Of a stretch of DNA of 64,000 nt, positions 47,666-59,947 are shown in pieces. Location: NCBI GenBank assembly GCA_002269645.1, contig NIVC01003700.1, positions 1 to 64,000 of the forward strand, in the 5' to 3' direction. The position numbers and the translations under genes are program-made. Every line of letters begins with the position of its first letter. The first letter of the stretch is position 1. The notes beneath the pieces were generated by a model that made no database searches, had not been told where the DNA came from, and saw only the letters and a list, made by a program, of their open reading frames with translations. Origin of the DNA: Macrostomum lignano (Eukaryota).

Positions 47666-50600
47666 CTAGTCTGTTTTCTTATCAGCAACTGGTCGATCCT
47701 CCTCTCCTGATTGGCCTTCACGCTTAGGTTCGTCAGTTACTTCTCCTGGCTGCACCTCGTCTTCTGATTGGTCGATAGGCTTAGGTTCGTCGGTTGCTTC
47801 TCTTGGCTGAACCTCGTCTTCTGATTGGTCGATAGGCTTAGGTTCGTCGGTTGCTTCTCTTGGCTGAACCTCGTCTTCTGATTGGTCGATAGGCTTAGGT
47901 TCGTCGGTTGCTTCTCTTGGCTGAACCTCGTCTTCTGATTGGTCGACAGGCTTAGGTTCGTCATCACCCTGCCGACTCGGAGAGTTGGACTGCTTGGAAA
48001 GCTCAGATACTTCAATCGCTTCCGCGTCATCGACAGGCTGCACAGCGTTTCTGGGAGCGGCGCGCATCAGGTTTATGTTGCAGGAGCGACTTAGGAACTT
48101 GTAGAAGCGAACAAAGTACGGATTGATAAATGCTTCGTCGACTTCTTCGCGGTAGCCGCCTTTAAATAAGTATAGAATTACTTGAATGACATTTCGAATT
48201 CGTTAAACCAGACACAACTAGCATTAAAACAAACTGCTTACGCGTAAATAACGACACAATAAAGCCGCCAGCCGTGGTTGCAGCGGATCCGATTATGGGA
48301 AACCACACATAGGAGAGGCTGTACCAGTCGTCGAGAGGTTCTCTAAGAAGTGTCCAAGATGTAAATTAAAAAAAACGATAAAATTAGTTCAAGAGCAAAT
48401 TGAATCGAAGTTCTACGACGTAGTAACCGTGTATGTCTATAATATTTGTAGCGTCCCGCAAAGAGTGGTTGAATTGCGTCACACAAGAGAGTGGACATTG
48501 CGTCACTCAAGAGAGTGGATATGGTGTCGCACAAGAGAGTGGAAATTGCGTCCCACGGCTACAAGAGAGTGGACATTGCGTCCCACGGCTACAAGAGAGT
48601 GGACATTGCGTCCCACTGCTACAAGAGAGTGGACATTGCGTCTCACGGCTACAAGAGAGTGGACATTGCGTCTCACGGCTACAAGAGAGTGGATATGGTG
48701 TCCCACAAGAGAGTGGACATTGCGTCCCACGGCTACAAGAGAGTGGACATTGTGTCGCATAAGTGATTGGTGAGCATTACATCCAACAAGAGAATGGACA
48801 TTGCGTCCCATAAAAAGTGGACATTGCGTTCCACAATGGAATGGAATTTCATGTACTAAAATTAAGTACGCTTGCACTTCCCCCTCTTCATTACTTTTGA
48901 AGCGATCGAGCGTCACGGGCCATTACATAAGTCACTGCAATGCTTACACAACAGGAGCTTGCGTAGTCCCAACTGTGGTCGGCAGCAGGGTGGTGCCGGG
49001 AGTGCCAACATCGCAATTGCTAATATTTGTTGGCAATCCAACAAGTTGTTTTCCATTCAGATAGGAACCAATGCTGAGCCAGCCGGATATAATCAGGCCG
49101 CAAACGGAGCCAACGAGAGCACCCTATGAATTTGTTGTGAAAAATTGCGCTGTTTAAACATTGCTATTGAATGCTGAAATTTATCAACTCAACATTGCAT
49201 TTCGTTTGTCATCTGACCATATTAATTGCGTCTGGAATCTTAACCATTGTACTTTAGTCTGGTATCTAAAACTATTGTACTTTAGTCTGGTATCTTAACC
49301 ATTGTACTTTAGTCTGGTATCTAAAACTATTGTACTTTAGTCTGGTATCTTAACCATTGTACTTTAGTCTGGTATCTAAAACTATTGTACTTTAGTCTGG
49401 TATCTTAACCATTGTACTTTAGTCTGGTATCTAAAACTATTGTACTTTAGTCTGGTATCTTAGTGTACTTTAGTCTGGTATCTTAACCAGTGTACTTTAG
49501 TCTGGTATCTAAAACTATTGTACTTTAGTCTGGTATCTTAGTGTACTTTAGTCTGGTATCTTAACCAGTGTACTTTAGTCTGGTATCTAAAACTATTGTA
49601 CTTTAGTCTGGTATCTTAGTGTACTTTAGTCTGGTATCTTAACCAGTGTACTTTAGTCTGGTATCTAAAACTATTGTACTTTAGTCTGGTATCTTAACCA
49701 GTGTACTTTAGTCTGGTATCTAAAACTATTGTACTTTAGTCTGGTATCTTAACCATTGTACTTTAGTCTGGTATCTAAGACTATTGTACTTTAGTCTGGT
49801 ATCTTAATCATTGTACTTTAGTCTAGTATCTTAACCAGTGTACTTACATATTTATTAACGAACGGGAATAGAACTCCCATTGAGAACAGGCCAAGCAATG
49901 GGGCACCAAACGAACCAGTGAAAGCAAGCGATGCCTGAAGCACCGTTCCACCGAATCGAGTCGAAATTAGGCCCATAAATACTGCTGAGACTCCATAGAA
50001 CACGACTGAAACAGATATAATAGCGGAAATATTGGTCGGAAAGCAGTACGTTGCAGCCAGCTTCCAACAGCAGTCACAGAGACCTCTGTAGTTTTCGGCT
50101 GTGTTAGCTGGCGCCCCCTCAGTAGCTGGCGCCTTTCTGTAGCTAGCGCCTCCCCTCTGTAGCTAGCGCCTCCCCTCTGTAGCTGGCGCCTTTCTGTAGC
50201 TGGCGCCTTTCTGTAGCTAGCGCCTCCCCTCTGTAGCTAGCGCCTCCCCTCTGTAGCTAGCGCCTCCCCTCTGTAGCTGGCGCCTTTCTGTAGCTGGCGC
50301 CTTTCTGTAGCTAGCGCCTCCCCTCTGCAGCTGGCGCCTTTCTGTAGCTGGCGCCCCCTCTGCAGCTGGCGCCTTTCTGTAGCTGGCGCCTTTCTGTAGC
50401 TAGCGCCTCCCCTCTGTAGTTAGCGCCTCCCCTCTGCAGCTGGCGCCTTTCTATAGCTGGCGCCTCCCCTCTGCAGCTGGCGCCTTTCTGTAGCTGGCGC
50501 CCCCTCTGCAGCTGGCGCCTTTCTGTAGCTGGCGCCCCCTCTGCAGCTGGCGCCTTTTTGTAGCTGGCGCCCCCTCTACAGCTGGCGCCTTTCTATAGCT

Positions 50601-53600
50601 GGCGCCCCTCTGTAGCTGGCGCCCCCTCTGCAGCTGGCGCCTTTCTGTAGCTGGCGCCCCCTCTGCAGCTGGCGCCTTTCTGTAGCTGGCGCCCCCTCTG
50701 TAGCTGGCGCCCCCTCTGCAGCTGGCACCTTTCTGTAGCTGGCGCCCCCTCTGTAGCTGGCGCCCCCTCTGCAGCTGTAGTTTCAGCAAAGAAACTGAAG
50801 CTATTTAATTTTTTCAAACCGGGGAGGAGCCGAAATTTTTTCAAGAATTTCGCATAACAAAAGACCAAAATCCCGCCCAGGAAATTTTGCGTGCATTTTT
50901 TAATTTTGCTTGCCTAATTGATGTTTTCGAAGCAATGACTGAACGACTTTACCGGGAAGTATTCAAAGTTTTTGTTTTTTGCATCCCTCGTTTTGGTTCC
51001 TGATTGAAACCTAAATTGAAAATTAAAAATTGTTTTAAAAAATTAGAGTCGTTTTTGGCTTTCTTTGGCACAACTAGCTGGATGAATTGGAGGACAAATC
51101 CCTATTCAGTCAGTGAAAAATAGAGAAATTACTGCGCGTACTCCAGCAGCAAGCACAGTCTCTTACTAAACAGGCGGTTGATCCACGTAGCCCTAGCCTC
51201 GGTAGCGTTCAGGCAACAGTAGGGCTTGAAAAAATCTTCCCATGTTGTGGCAGCCAGCGCGCTCAAGGATGACGATACCGAACTGCAACACAATGGCATC
51301 AGCAGCATTCAATGTCTAATGTATAATGGGTGAAACTGAAAGGTAGAAAAAGCATTTAGTTTTCAAGAGCTGCTCACGCAAGAACCCTTCCTTACCTCAG
51401 GGCTCCGGCGAATAGCGAAGCGATGAATAGGCCAGGAACCACTGGTATGCGGAGGTTTTCCATTACATAGAATGGAACGATCTGTACTGATAAAAACACA
51501 CGCGATCATGTTAATATGCTAAGTACATATATGCTCGTATATATTATTAAGTTTATTGGTGCTTTTGTACCAATGTGCCCACATGGGAACTGCTGTTTAG
51601 ATTCAACTAGTAGATGTCTAAACTTAGAGCCCTGAGTGGATCTTGTGACAATGAATGTACACTCAGCAACCGTCAAAAGTTCCACCCCACTAAGCGAAAT
51701 GATTTTTTCACTTATTGCGAGTGACGCAACCTACGGCACGCGCAAAGCTTATTGCCGCTTGGGGGTGGCTTGGGTCTGCTTAATGGTCCAGGCCTGGACA
51801 TTAAGCAGACCCAAGCCCAGGAACAACGCCCCGCCACACCAAGCCGATGCTGTTAGTCAACTGAAGGAACAGCTACAGCTGCGCACTCTGCGCTGCCCTT
51901 CCCGGTCCCCAGACATGAATCCCATCGAGCATGTCTGGGACTTCCTAAAACGTAGCATTCGAAAAGAGAATCCACCATAGAATGTTGCGGAGAGCTCTGC
52001 GTCATGCCATTGAAAACGCTTCGGAGCGGCTTCCCCAGGACTTTCTGCGCCGCCTCATCATTGGGATGCCCTGCAGAGTCGTCGGACTTCTGCGTGCGAG
52101 GGGATCCCACACGCATCGCGATTTTAACTGAATATTGCATAAAAAATTTATGATTTTACTGATAGTCAATCAACTTTCCCTTCCTCGCGGCGGCTTAGTT
52201 GCGTAACTTGAGGGTTGAATTGTGAGTGTGAAGTTTTTGCAATTTGGAGGGTGGAACTTTTGAATGTTGCTGAGTATAAGAAAGTGGCCACTAGGGTTGG
52301 TCCAAAAATCAACAATTTCTCTAATTCCATACTGATACATTTTCATTCCTATTCTAAATGATGCAATTGATCACTGCATTCCATTACTGCTTAGTAGGGC
52401 CGAAAGGGTTGTCACCCAAAGCAGTTGAAAGTTCATCTTTCAGCTTCAGGTGCTGATTTTTAGTTTTCAGTCTTTACAGCACCAAATTCTTCCACAACGA
52501 CAAATGGAGCAAGTAATCTTGTACAGTACGTGTGTTCTATTCGAGCTTGTTGGTTCACTATAGTTGATCTGTGTCTGTAAATTGCTCGACTTGTGAACAC
52601 TAAAGCCATGGAGTTATTTTCATAGTAAAAAAGCTAGCATTGTTGGACCTGGTTCGAATCCTCGATCCAGCCAGCCGCGCTGGGATCGCAGGCGACGTTT
52701 GCGTAATATGCGAAAATTATCAGACCCGCCAGGCACGAGGACACCACGAAGAATATGGCGCCGAGAGAGACCAGAACAACTGACCTGTGCACAGGGATTT
52801 CAAGTAAGTTTTGTTATAGTTTGTACTTAAATCTAGTCTTTTTTCTCCTATGCAAAAGCTTTACGTAAATTTTACAAATATAGCTCAAGGACCACTAGCA
52901 GTATAATCAAAGATGGTATAACTTTTTGGGGGCCAAAAAGATGAAGATGATACGAGAGCAATGATGATTTTTTTTCCTATTTCCGCAGTGTATTCTTTGA
53001 CGTAAATTGGCCCTTAAAAAGTACACGATCTGTGGTCTATGATATATAGCTGAAATTGATAAATTTCCCAATTAAATAACCATAGCTTATAAGTTAATAA
53101 GACCATGGCATTCTGCAGGCATGTACACTTCACTGTGCCTTGCGGGTGGCTCTCATAGCTGTGCATTGCACGACAACCTCCCAGGCCATTGTCGGCTGAT
53201 TTTCCATGCAAGAATGGCATTCTTGCACTCTTTTGCGTGCAGGAATGGATGTCTATGGTAAAATCTCACTGAAAAAGCATTAGGCGCAGAAATGCATTCC
53301 TGCACGGTTTTGTGCATTCCTGCACGATGAATCATCCGACAATGGAATTCCTTCACGTTCACTCGTGCGTGAAGGACATCGTGCACTCGTGCGCTAGCGC
53401 GCACTCGTGCAGATGTCATTCCCGCACTCGTTACCGTGCAGGAATATATCAATCTGTCGTGCACACACACCACAACCAGGGCTAGGTGTCATAGCGCGAG
53501 AGTCAGAGACGCGTTTACCGCTGGGCTGCCCTTCCCGCTACGCCTAGCCCATGTCTATGGCCCAAATCACAACACTACGAGCTATAAATAAGTCATAAAA

Positions 53601-56600
53601 TTGGCCACATTTACAATTGAGCCTGCCGCATAGTTTTCACTGAGCAGTACCGCTGCACGGAGGCTTGAAACACGCCGAATGTGCTGGAGTAGGCGATGCC
53701 GTTGCCAACCACAAGACCCCAGACTGTGTGACGAACTCGTGGATCTAAGCTGAAGCTAAAAAATGATGAAGAGAGTGCACATACGCTATAGAACAAGCGG
53801 CCCGCAAAGCCTCTCTATCCGGCCCTCGAGTCCTTTGAAACTTCACAATAACAATGCGGCCTGCTCAAGGATTGCGTCTCTTCTCAGCTCTTGCTCCTCT
53901 CCTCTCCTCTCCCCTTCCCTCTCCTCTCCTCTCCTCTCCTCTCCTCTCCTCTCCTCTTCTCTCCTCTCCTCTTCTCTCCTCTCCTCTCCTCTCCTCTCCT
54001 CTCTCTCCTCTCCTCTTCTCTCCTCTCCTCTCCTCTCCTCTCCTCTCCTCTTCTCTCCTCTCCTCTCCTCTCCTCTCCTCTTCTCTCCTCTCCTCTTCTC
54101 TCCTCTCCTCTCCTCTCCTCTTCTCTCCTCTCCTCTTCTCTCCTCTCCTCTTCTCTCCTCTCCTCTTCTCTCCTCTCCTCTTCTCTTCTCTCCTCTTCTC
54201 TCCTCTCCTCCTCTCCTCTCCTCTCCTCTCCTCTCTCCTCTCCTCTCCTCTCCTCTCCTCTCCTCTCCTCTCCTCTCCTCTCCAATCATCTCCTCTCTCC
54301 TACCCCCTCTCCTCTTATCTCTCCTCTCCTCTCTCCTCTCCTCTCTCCTCTACTCTCCACTCTCCTCTCCCCTCACATGCAATACGTAGTAAAAAGTAGC
54401 TTTTAAGATTTGACATCGACATACTTACAAAAACGACGTGTATCCCATTCCATACAGTTGCCTATATTGCTTTAGTAACCAGAGGGGGGGGTCGGCACTG
54501 AGGGGACAGGCGGACATGTCCCCCCAGTAAAAGCTTTGGGGTGGACATACCTATGCTTTGCCCTGCACTGCCCCACCTAGTTACCCTGCCTGCGGCACCA
54601 AAATGAGTGCCTGCTGCCTCGCCAAAAACGACACCCCTTTTAGCGACAATTTCATAATTAGTCAGCGCAACTGAAGGTATAAAAACAACACTATCGATAC
54701 TCACTTGTCGAACTCGATGCGACCATATTTATACGATATCTGCCACACATTTCCAATGCCACCCAGGTCAATGAGTCCCTGTAACAGAAATTAATTGTAA
54801 ACTATGTAATACAAGATCAAGTTCAAGCATTTTGTTTGATTGAAACTTTCCTATAGTAAACTTTTAACTCACCCGAATAATGATAGCCAAAATTCCTGCC
54901 GTCATGACTACCGATTGAAATACATCAGTCCAGATCACAGCCTTGAGCCCGCCCTGATTGAAACGGCACAAAGTGAATATTAGAACTTTTTGGAATAGCG
55001 GATTTACTAATAGTGATAATGTGCAACACATATTTACACTCTCTGCGGTGGGGGGAGAGGTTGCCCCTCAGGGCGTGAATCGCATGACAACAAAGAGTCT
55101 ATTAAATCTTCTTTAAATCTTCTTTAAATCTTCTTTAAACAGTGCAAGATTCGTCTGCGTCAGCTATTCATAAAAAAATAATAAAAATTAACGATAGCGG
55201 TTATGACAGAAGTATGCATGTAGAATTACTCGTGTAGTCACTAACCCAGGCTGTGTAGAAAGTGCAGATCACACCGCTCACGGCGATTGACGCTTCAACA
55301 GGGATGGCACCGTTGGAAACTAAAAGTGTTTAACGGATTGCAAAATTATGAATGTCAATATCCATATTTCAATTAAGGTAACAAAAGTATAAGGCTACTA
55401 CACATAGAAGACAGGGGAATGGCCGCCAACGAAGAGACAGGGGCGCCAACCGAGAGACAGGGGCGCCAACCGAGAGACAGGGGCGCCAACCGAGAGACAG
55501 GGGCGCCAACCGAGAGACAGGGGCGCCAACCGAGAGACAGGGGCGCCAACCGAGAGACAGGGGCGCCAACCGAGAGACAGGGGCGCCAACCGAGAGACAG
55601 GGGCGCCCACCAAGAGCCAGGGGTGCCCACCAAGAGACAGGGGCGCCCTCCAAGAGACAGGGGCGCCCACCAAGAGACAGGGGCGCCCACCAAGAGACAG
55701 GGGCGCCCACCAAGAGACAGGGGCGCCCACCAAAGCACCAAATAGTGGCGGCCCTAATGATTGCTACCCCCTACAATAAATAAAAGTTCCCGTGTACACA
55801 CCAGTTAAAAAGTTGAAAGGGTGAGATATTAGGACTTCAGTTCTATTAAGCTGAGAAATTACCATCAATCCCTACGCTATCAAGCTAATGCATTTTTTCA
55901 ACGATAAACGACCTACAGTGAAATTTTGCCTAATTTGCAAGTGCAGCACCTTTATTGACTTAAACAGATGCCTGCATTTCACAATGCGACTTACCATACT
56001 GCAAGGCAGTGGCTGGAGCGTACAATGCAATTCCCATGTAGATCACCTGTAAGTTTTTGTCCAATCAGATAAATCTATATCAGGTAATAAAGTGTACGTT
56101 TAAGATCACAGGCACCTATAAGTTTTAGTAAAAGCCACTATATACTCACGTTATTAATTAGAAGCAGGAAATTTCCCATCAGTCGAACAAGACGAGACTT
56201 GAATCTCAGCTCGAGATACTGCAATGAAATTACAAAAATTCTTGATGAATGCTTGGCTAGAAAAACTCTTAACGACAGTCCCGTGACGTCAGCTATACTG
56301 AAAACTCTTAACGACAGTCCCGTGACGTCAGCTATACTGAAAACTCTTAGCGACAGTCCCGTGACGTCAGCTATACAGAAAACTCTTAGCGACAGTCCCG
56401 TGACGTCAGCTACAGAAAACTCTTAACGACAGTCCCGTGACGTCAGCTACAGAAAACTCTTTACGACAGTCCCGTGACGTCAGCTACAGAAAACTCTTTA
56501 CGACAGTCCCGTGACGTCAGCTACAGAAAACTCTTTACGACAGTCCCGTGACGTCAGCTACAAAAACTCTTTACGACAGTCCTGTGATGTTATAATTATA

Positions 56601-58279
56601 TATTGTAAGGTCTAACTTTTGTGAACTTTTTGCAGTTTTTGATCTCGTTAATAAATGAATTTTTAGCCATAACTTCTTGTGGTTGCACCGCAATCGGCAA
56701 GGGCTACAGTTTCTCACCTCGAACGAGCTCGTCAGTCGCAGCTGATAAAACACCGGCACGAATATCAGAGCCGCCAGAACGCAGCCGATCTGCTCGCCAA
56801 ATATTGACAGCACGTACATTGTGCCGTTGAAGTAGATCTCGGCTGGACCCCGAGGATTAGTATGGCCGAGTTGAACGACACCAACAGTGACAGGGCCACT
56901 GGGATCACCTGCTGCTTGCGGCCGCCCATTACGAATTCTTCTTTTTCGTCCGAGCCGGCGCTGCCATCTTCTGCGTTGCCTGTGTAAATATAAGTAAGTA
57001 AGTAGTAGAGTTTACTGACATTTCCGCCCAAGATTGTTTCACGAAAGAGAACTTTTTACTGAGGAGTTTGGTAGTTGCATGCTGCCAGCAGTCTTCCTAC
57101 TGTTCTAATAATCATATTATGTAAGACTAAAGCATTAGGACAGTAATCCGAAATACTTAATATTTTAAGAATGTTCAATAATAAACGGACATTCAATAGT
57201 TTCAAAAAGCCCAACTGCTCTATAGTTGTATAGCAACTTTCAAATTCCTTATCTATTCCCAATAACTAGGTCAACATTTCCCACGCTTTAACTACTCCTA
57301 GTAGGGTAAAAGCTAAAAGTAGGGTAATCTACTTAGCAATCTGCCTTATCACGTTTTAAACTTAATGTCAACTTAAGCTCATAAAAAGTGGAGTCTGAGT
57401 AATTTATATACACAAATGGTACATCATTCTGCTCACAGTGACACCAGGAATGTGGATTAGTAAAAAAGTGACAAAAATTGGACCTGGGATAGGAGAGAAC
57501 AAGCAAGGAAATACTTAGGGACTCTACCTTATATGAGCTTAAGTTTACATAATTGTCCCTAATTATCATCTTGCTTGTAAAAGGGCCTCCCCTTTTAATT
57601 AAATACGTCGAAAAATAACGCTAACGGAATAAGTAAACAGAAAGAGAGGAGGTCAAGAGAGAACTAAAGCCTTTCAAAACGATTTACGTTTGCTTTAATG
57701 TTAATCAAATAGTTATTATATAAAACAGAAAATACTAATTAAAAAAATTACTTTACTACTTTTGCTAGTAGTGAGTTTCGAATACTAAAGACCCAAAAAA
57801 AGCTCGAAAAAGTGCATATTAAGAACCATTGATCAAGGAAACAATTGATCGAGAAAACTACCGATTGAGGAAACTACCGATTGAGAAAAATACCGATTGA
57901 GGAAACTACCGATCGAGGAAACTATCGATCGAAGAAACTAACCGATCGAAGAAACTACCAAGAGAAAAAGCTACAGATCAGGAAACTACCGATCGAGGAA
58001 ACTACCAATCCATAAATTGCATCTTCGGACTATATATGTACGTACATTTACAATCTACATCACAGCTGCAGTACCTTTTCGTCGTCCTATAAAGCTAGCT
58101 ACAATCCCGACCGCCAGTGAAGCGGCCAGAAAGACGCCCAGAACCACGTAGTCGACAGGTGAAAACTGATTATTAGTCTGCTGGTGCTTGGTGAAAGCTC
58201 CAGCCCCTTGACGAGATCCCGGTAGAGAGCTCCACAGAGCTTGCGGCACCAGGTTTGACTGCCACAATGGATTGTTCAT
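47666..58279 (-). CDS. SLC5 sodium:solute symporter (SMCT/SMVT-like), 15 exons; 1-nt frameshift in exon 2
   Basis: Exons: 58279-58075, 56979-56718, 56218-56150, 56046-55995, 55319-55246, 54953-54873, 54778-54705, 53755-53615, 52784-52649, 51481-51396, 51282-51167, 50005-49848, 49123-48948, 48342-48242, 48159-47666; all GT-AG and phase-compatible. Motifs: EFVMGGRK, YLELRF, GGLKAVIWTDVFQ, LDPRVRHTVW, QASVQRY, PGLFIASLFAGALSSVSS, GAPLLGLF. Confidence 0.93.
47723..47962 (-). repeat. 57-bp coding repeat (EPKPIDQSEDEVQPREATD) x4 in the SLC5 C-terminal tail
   Basis: CTTAGGTTCGTC at 47723, 47780, 47837, 47894 and 47951. Confidence 0.95.
48470..48835. repeat. 30-bp minisatellite
   Basis: Unit ACAAGAGAGTGGACATTGCGTCCCACGGCT. 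Confidence 0.95.
49240..49847. repeat. 27/28-bp alternating minisatellite abutting an SLC5 donor site
   Basis: TTAGTCTGGTATCT-(TAACCA/AAAACTA)-TTGTACT. Confidence 0.95.
50108..50777. repeat. 17-20-bp AGCTGGCGCC-core array
   Basis: TGTAGCTGGCGCCTTTC and TGCAGCTGGCGCCCCCTC variants. Confidence 0.95.
51660..52276 (+). mobile_element. Tc1/mariner internally deleted non-autonomous element in an SLC5 intron
   Basis: TA-flanked TIRs CACTCAGCAACCGTCAAAAGTTCCACCC / (reverse complement) TACTCAGCAACATTCAAAAGTTCCACCC; transposase C-terminus NNAPPH...CPSRSPDMNPIEHVWDFLKR, then after a frame break LPQDFLRRLIIGMPCRV..LLRARGSHT. Confidence 0.92.
53895..54372. repeat. (CTCTC/CTTCT)n pyrimidine array
   Basis: Direct inspection. 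Confidence 0.95.
55430..55735. repeat. 20-bp GGGGCGCC-core minisatellite
   Basis: Unit CGAGAGACAGGGGCGCCAAC. Confidence 0.95.
56259..56590. repeat. 37-39-bp minisatellite
   Basis: Unit GAAAACTCTTAACGACAGTCCCGTGACGTCAGCTA(TACT/CA). Confidence 0.95.
57840..58010. repeat. ~16-bp degenerate array
   Basis: GAGGAAACTACCGATC variants. Confidence 0.85.
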
Positions 58280-58953
58280 TTTGTTGAAGAGTTTCCTCGG
58301 TCAGACCAATAAACGGTAATCGAATGTTGAAAAAGAAATTTGAGAAAAGTTAAATATTTTATTGAAATGGCTTTAACTACTTACTTAGGTTTCTCTTATC
58401 ACTTCTTTATTTCACTTTTTTAACACAAACCGTTCTATAAAGCGTCTACACCATGTGCGCAGTTAGTTTAGAGATTGATAAAGTACGATACAGATAGCTC
58501 GTCAAAAAAAGCTAACGCGTGCAAGGCAAATCAGTGTTTAAAAACTTTCTGAATTTCTGAGGACACACTTTTCTTTTCTAAAGAAAATGAAAAAGCAATA
58601 CCTTGCGTTGTTACCTGCACTTTTAACACAGTCACTGCAGCAGGATATGAACAGACATTTTTTTTCTTCAACTGTAAACTGTAAAAAATTGAAATCCTTA
58701 AGGTTTGTCTGCCGTATAAGAAGAGGGAGTTAAAGTGACGCAAAAGTATATGCCGTAATCTGCAGTCGGTCATTGCTGAAAAAGGCAAAAACCTCTCCTT
58801 AAAGAATTGTGTCTCTTTTATAGAAATTTTATCGGAACCGAGGGTAGCATCCTAGATCTCTAATAGCTACTTTTGGTTTACCAAGATTTAATAAAAAGTA
58901 TGTCTAAAAATAGTTTCTTATTCTTCCGCATACAATTCGAATTCGCGTGTTGT

Positions 58954-59947
58954 TCAAACAGAAGCAGCCACCATGCATTCAAAAGTCTTCATTGAGTAGT
59001 AGTGGTTCAGCGGATAGCCAATGCCTGGGGAAGTGAACGTAAGTCCGTCAGCCCACAACGGCTCAGACAAGTTAAGAGCTGTTGGAGGCGTGAAGTACCG
59101 ACCGTTCGGGTTGAAGCAGTGACAACTGCCGTACCACCAGGCTCCTTGGTAGGTGACTGCGCAGTTATGGGACCATCTGTCTTGATCCTTATCCGGTGTG
59201 CTGAACATTGCATTGTTCATGTAGGCACCAACAGTATGACTGCAAGTTGCAACATTCGACCGGCTGATGTCAGGCTCTCCGACGCTGACTCGGTATCCCT
59301 GACTGGCGTCCTGCACGGCGAAGTGGGCGTCCTCCCACCAGTAGCGAGTGCCGTTCCAGTCGCTCATCTCCCACCTCGCGCGCCTGTCTCCGGCTCGAGT
59401 GAGCTGATGGATCGCCTCCAGACCCATCCAGTAGTTTCTGTCCTGGCCCTGGCCGAACTCAGTCAAGTAGTCAGTCCAGTTCCGGTAGAAATCCACCGAG
59501 CCGTCCACTCGGTGCTGGAAGGTGCGCCAGCAGGTTCGTCCGAGCTCGTCCAGCTGTCTCACCTGTATTATCACGGTTAGCCAAATCGTAGGGTCAATAA
59601 TTATGCATCACGATAGCAACAGACATTTTGAAATAAAAATGAATCACACGGTGAGCACCTACCAGCAGCAGAGGCAGAGTCGAGTTTCTCGCATTGCGGC
59701 ACTTTCTGCATCCGCTCGTTCCAAGCTGGCAGCTGTACAATCGACAAGTGTCCCGCTCGCGATCGAACTCAACCGCTTGGTGCTGCGGTCCAGCGAGAGT
59801 CGCGCACTCCAAGTCGCTCCGCACACCAGCCACCGAGCTGTCAAGCTTGTACTCGCTCAGGTCGTCTCTCTGCTCAGCCAATCTGAGCTGCGACAAAGCA
59901 TCAGTTCTACAGAGCAGAGTGATTACTACAATAAGTTCAATAATCAT
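58954..59947 (-). CDS. secreted PAN/apple-like + fibrinogen-related domain (FReD) protein, copy 1
   Basis: Exon 1 59947-59663 (95 codons, signal-like start), 100-nt GT-AG intron, exon 2 59562-58954; FQHRVDGSVDFYRNW...YWMGLEAIHQLT...MFSTPDKDQD...NCA...GAWWYGSCHCFNPNG. Confidence 0.92.
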
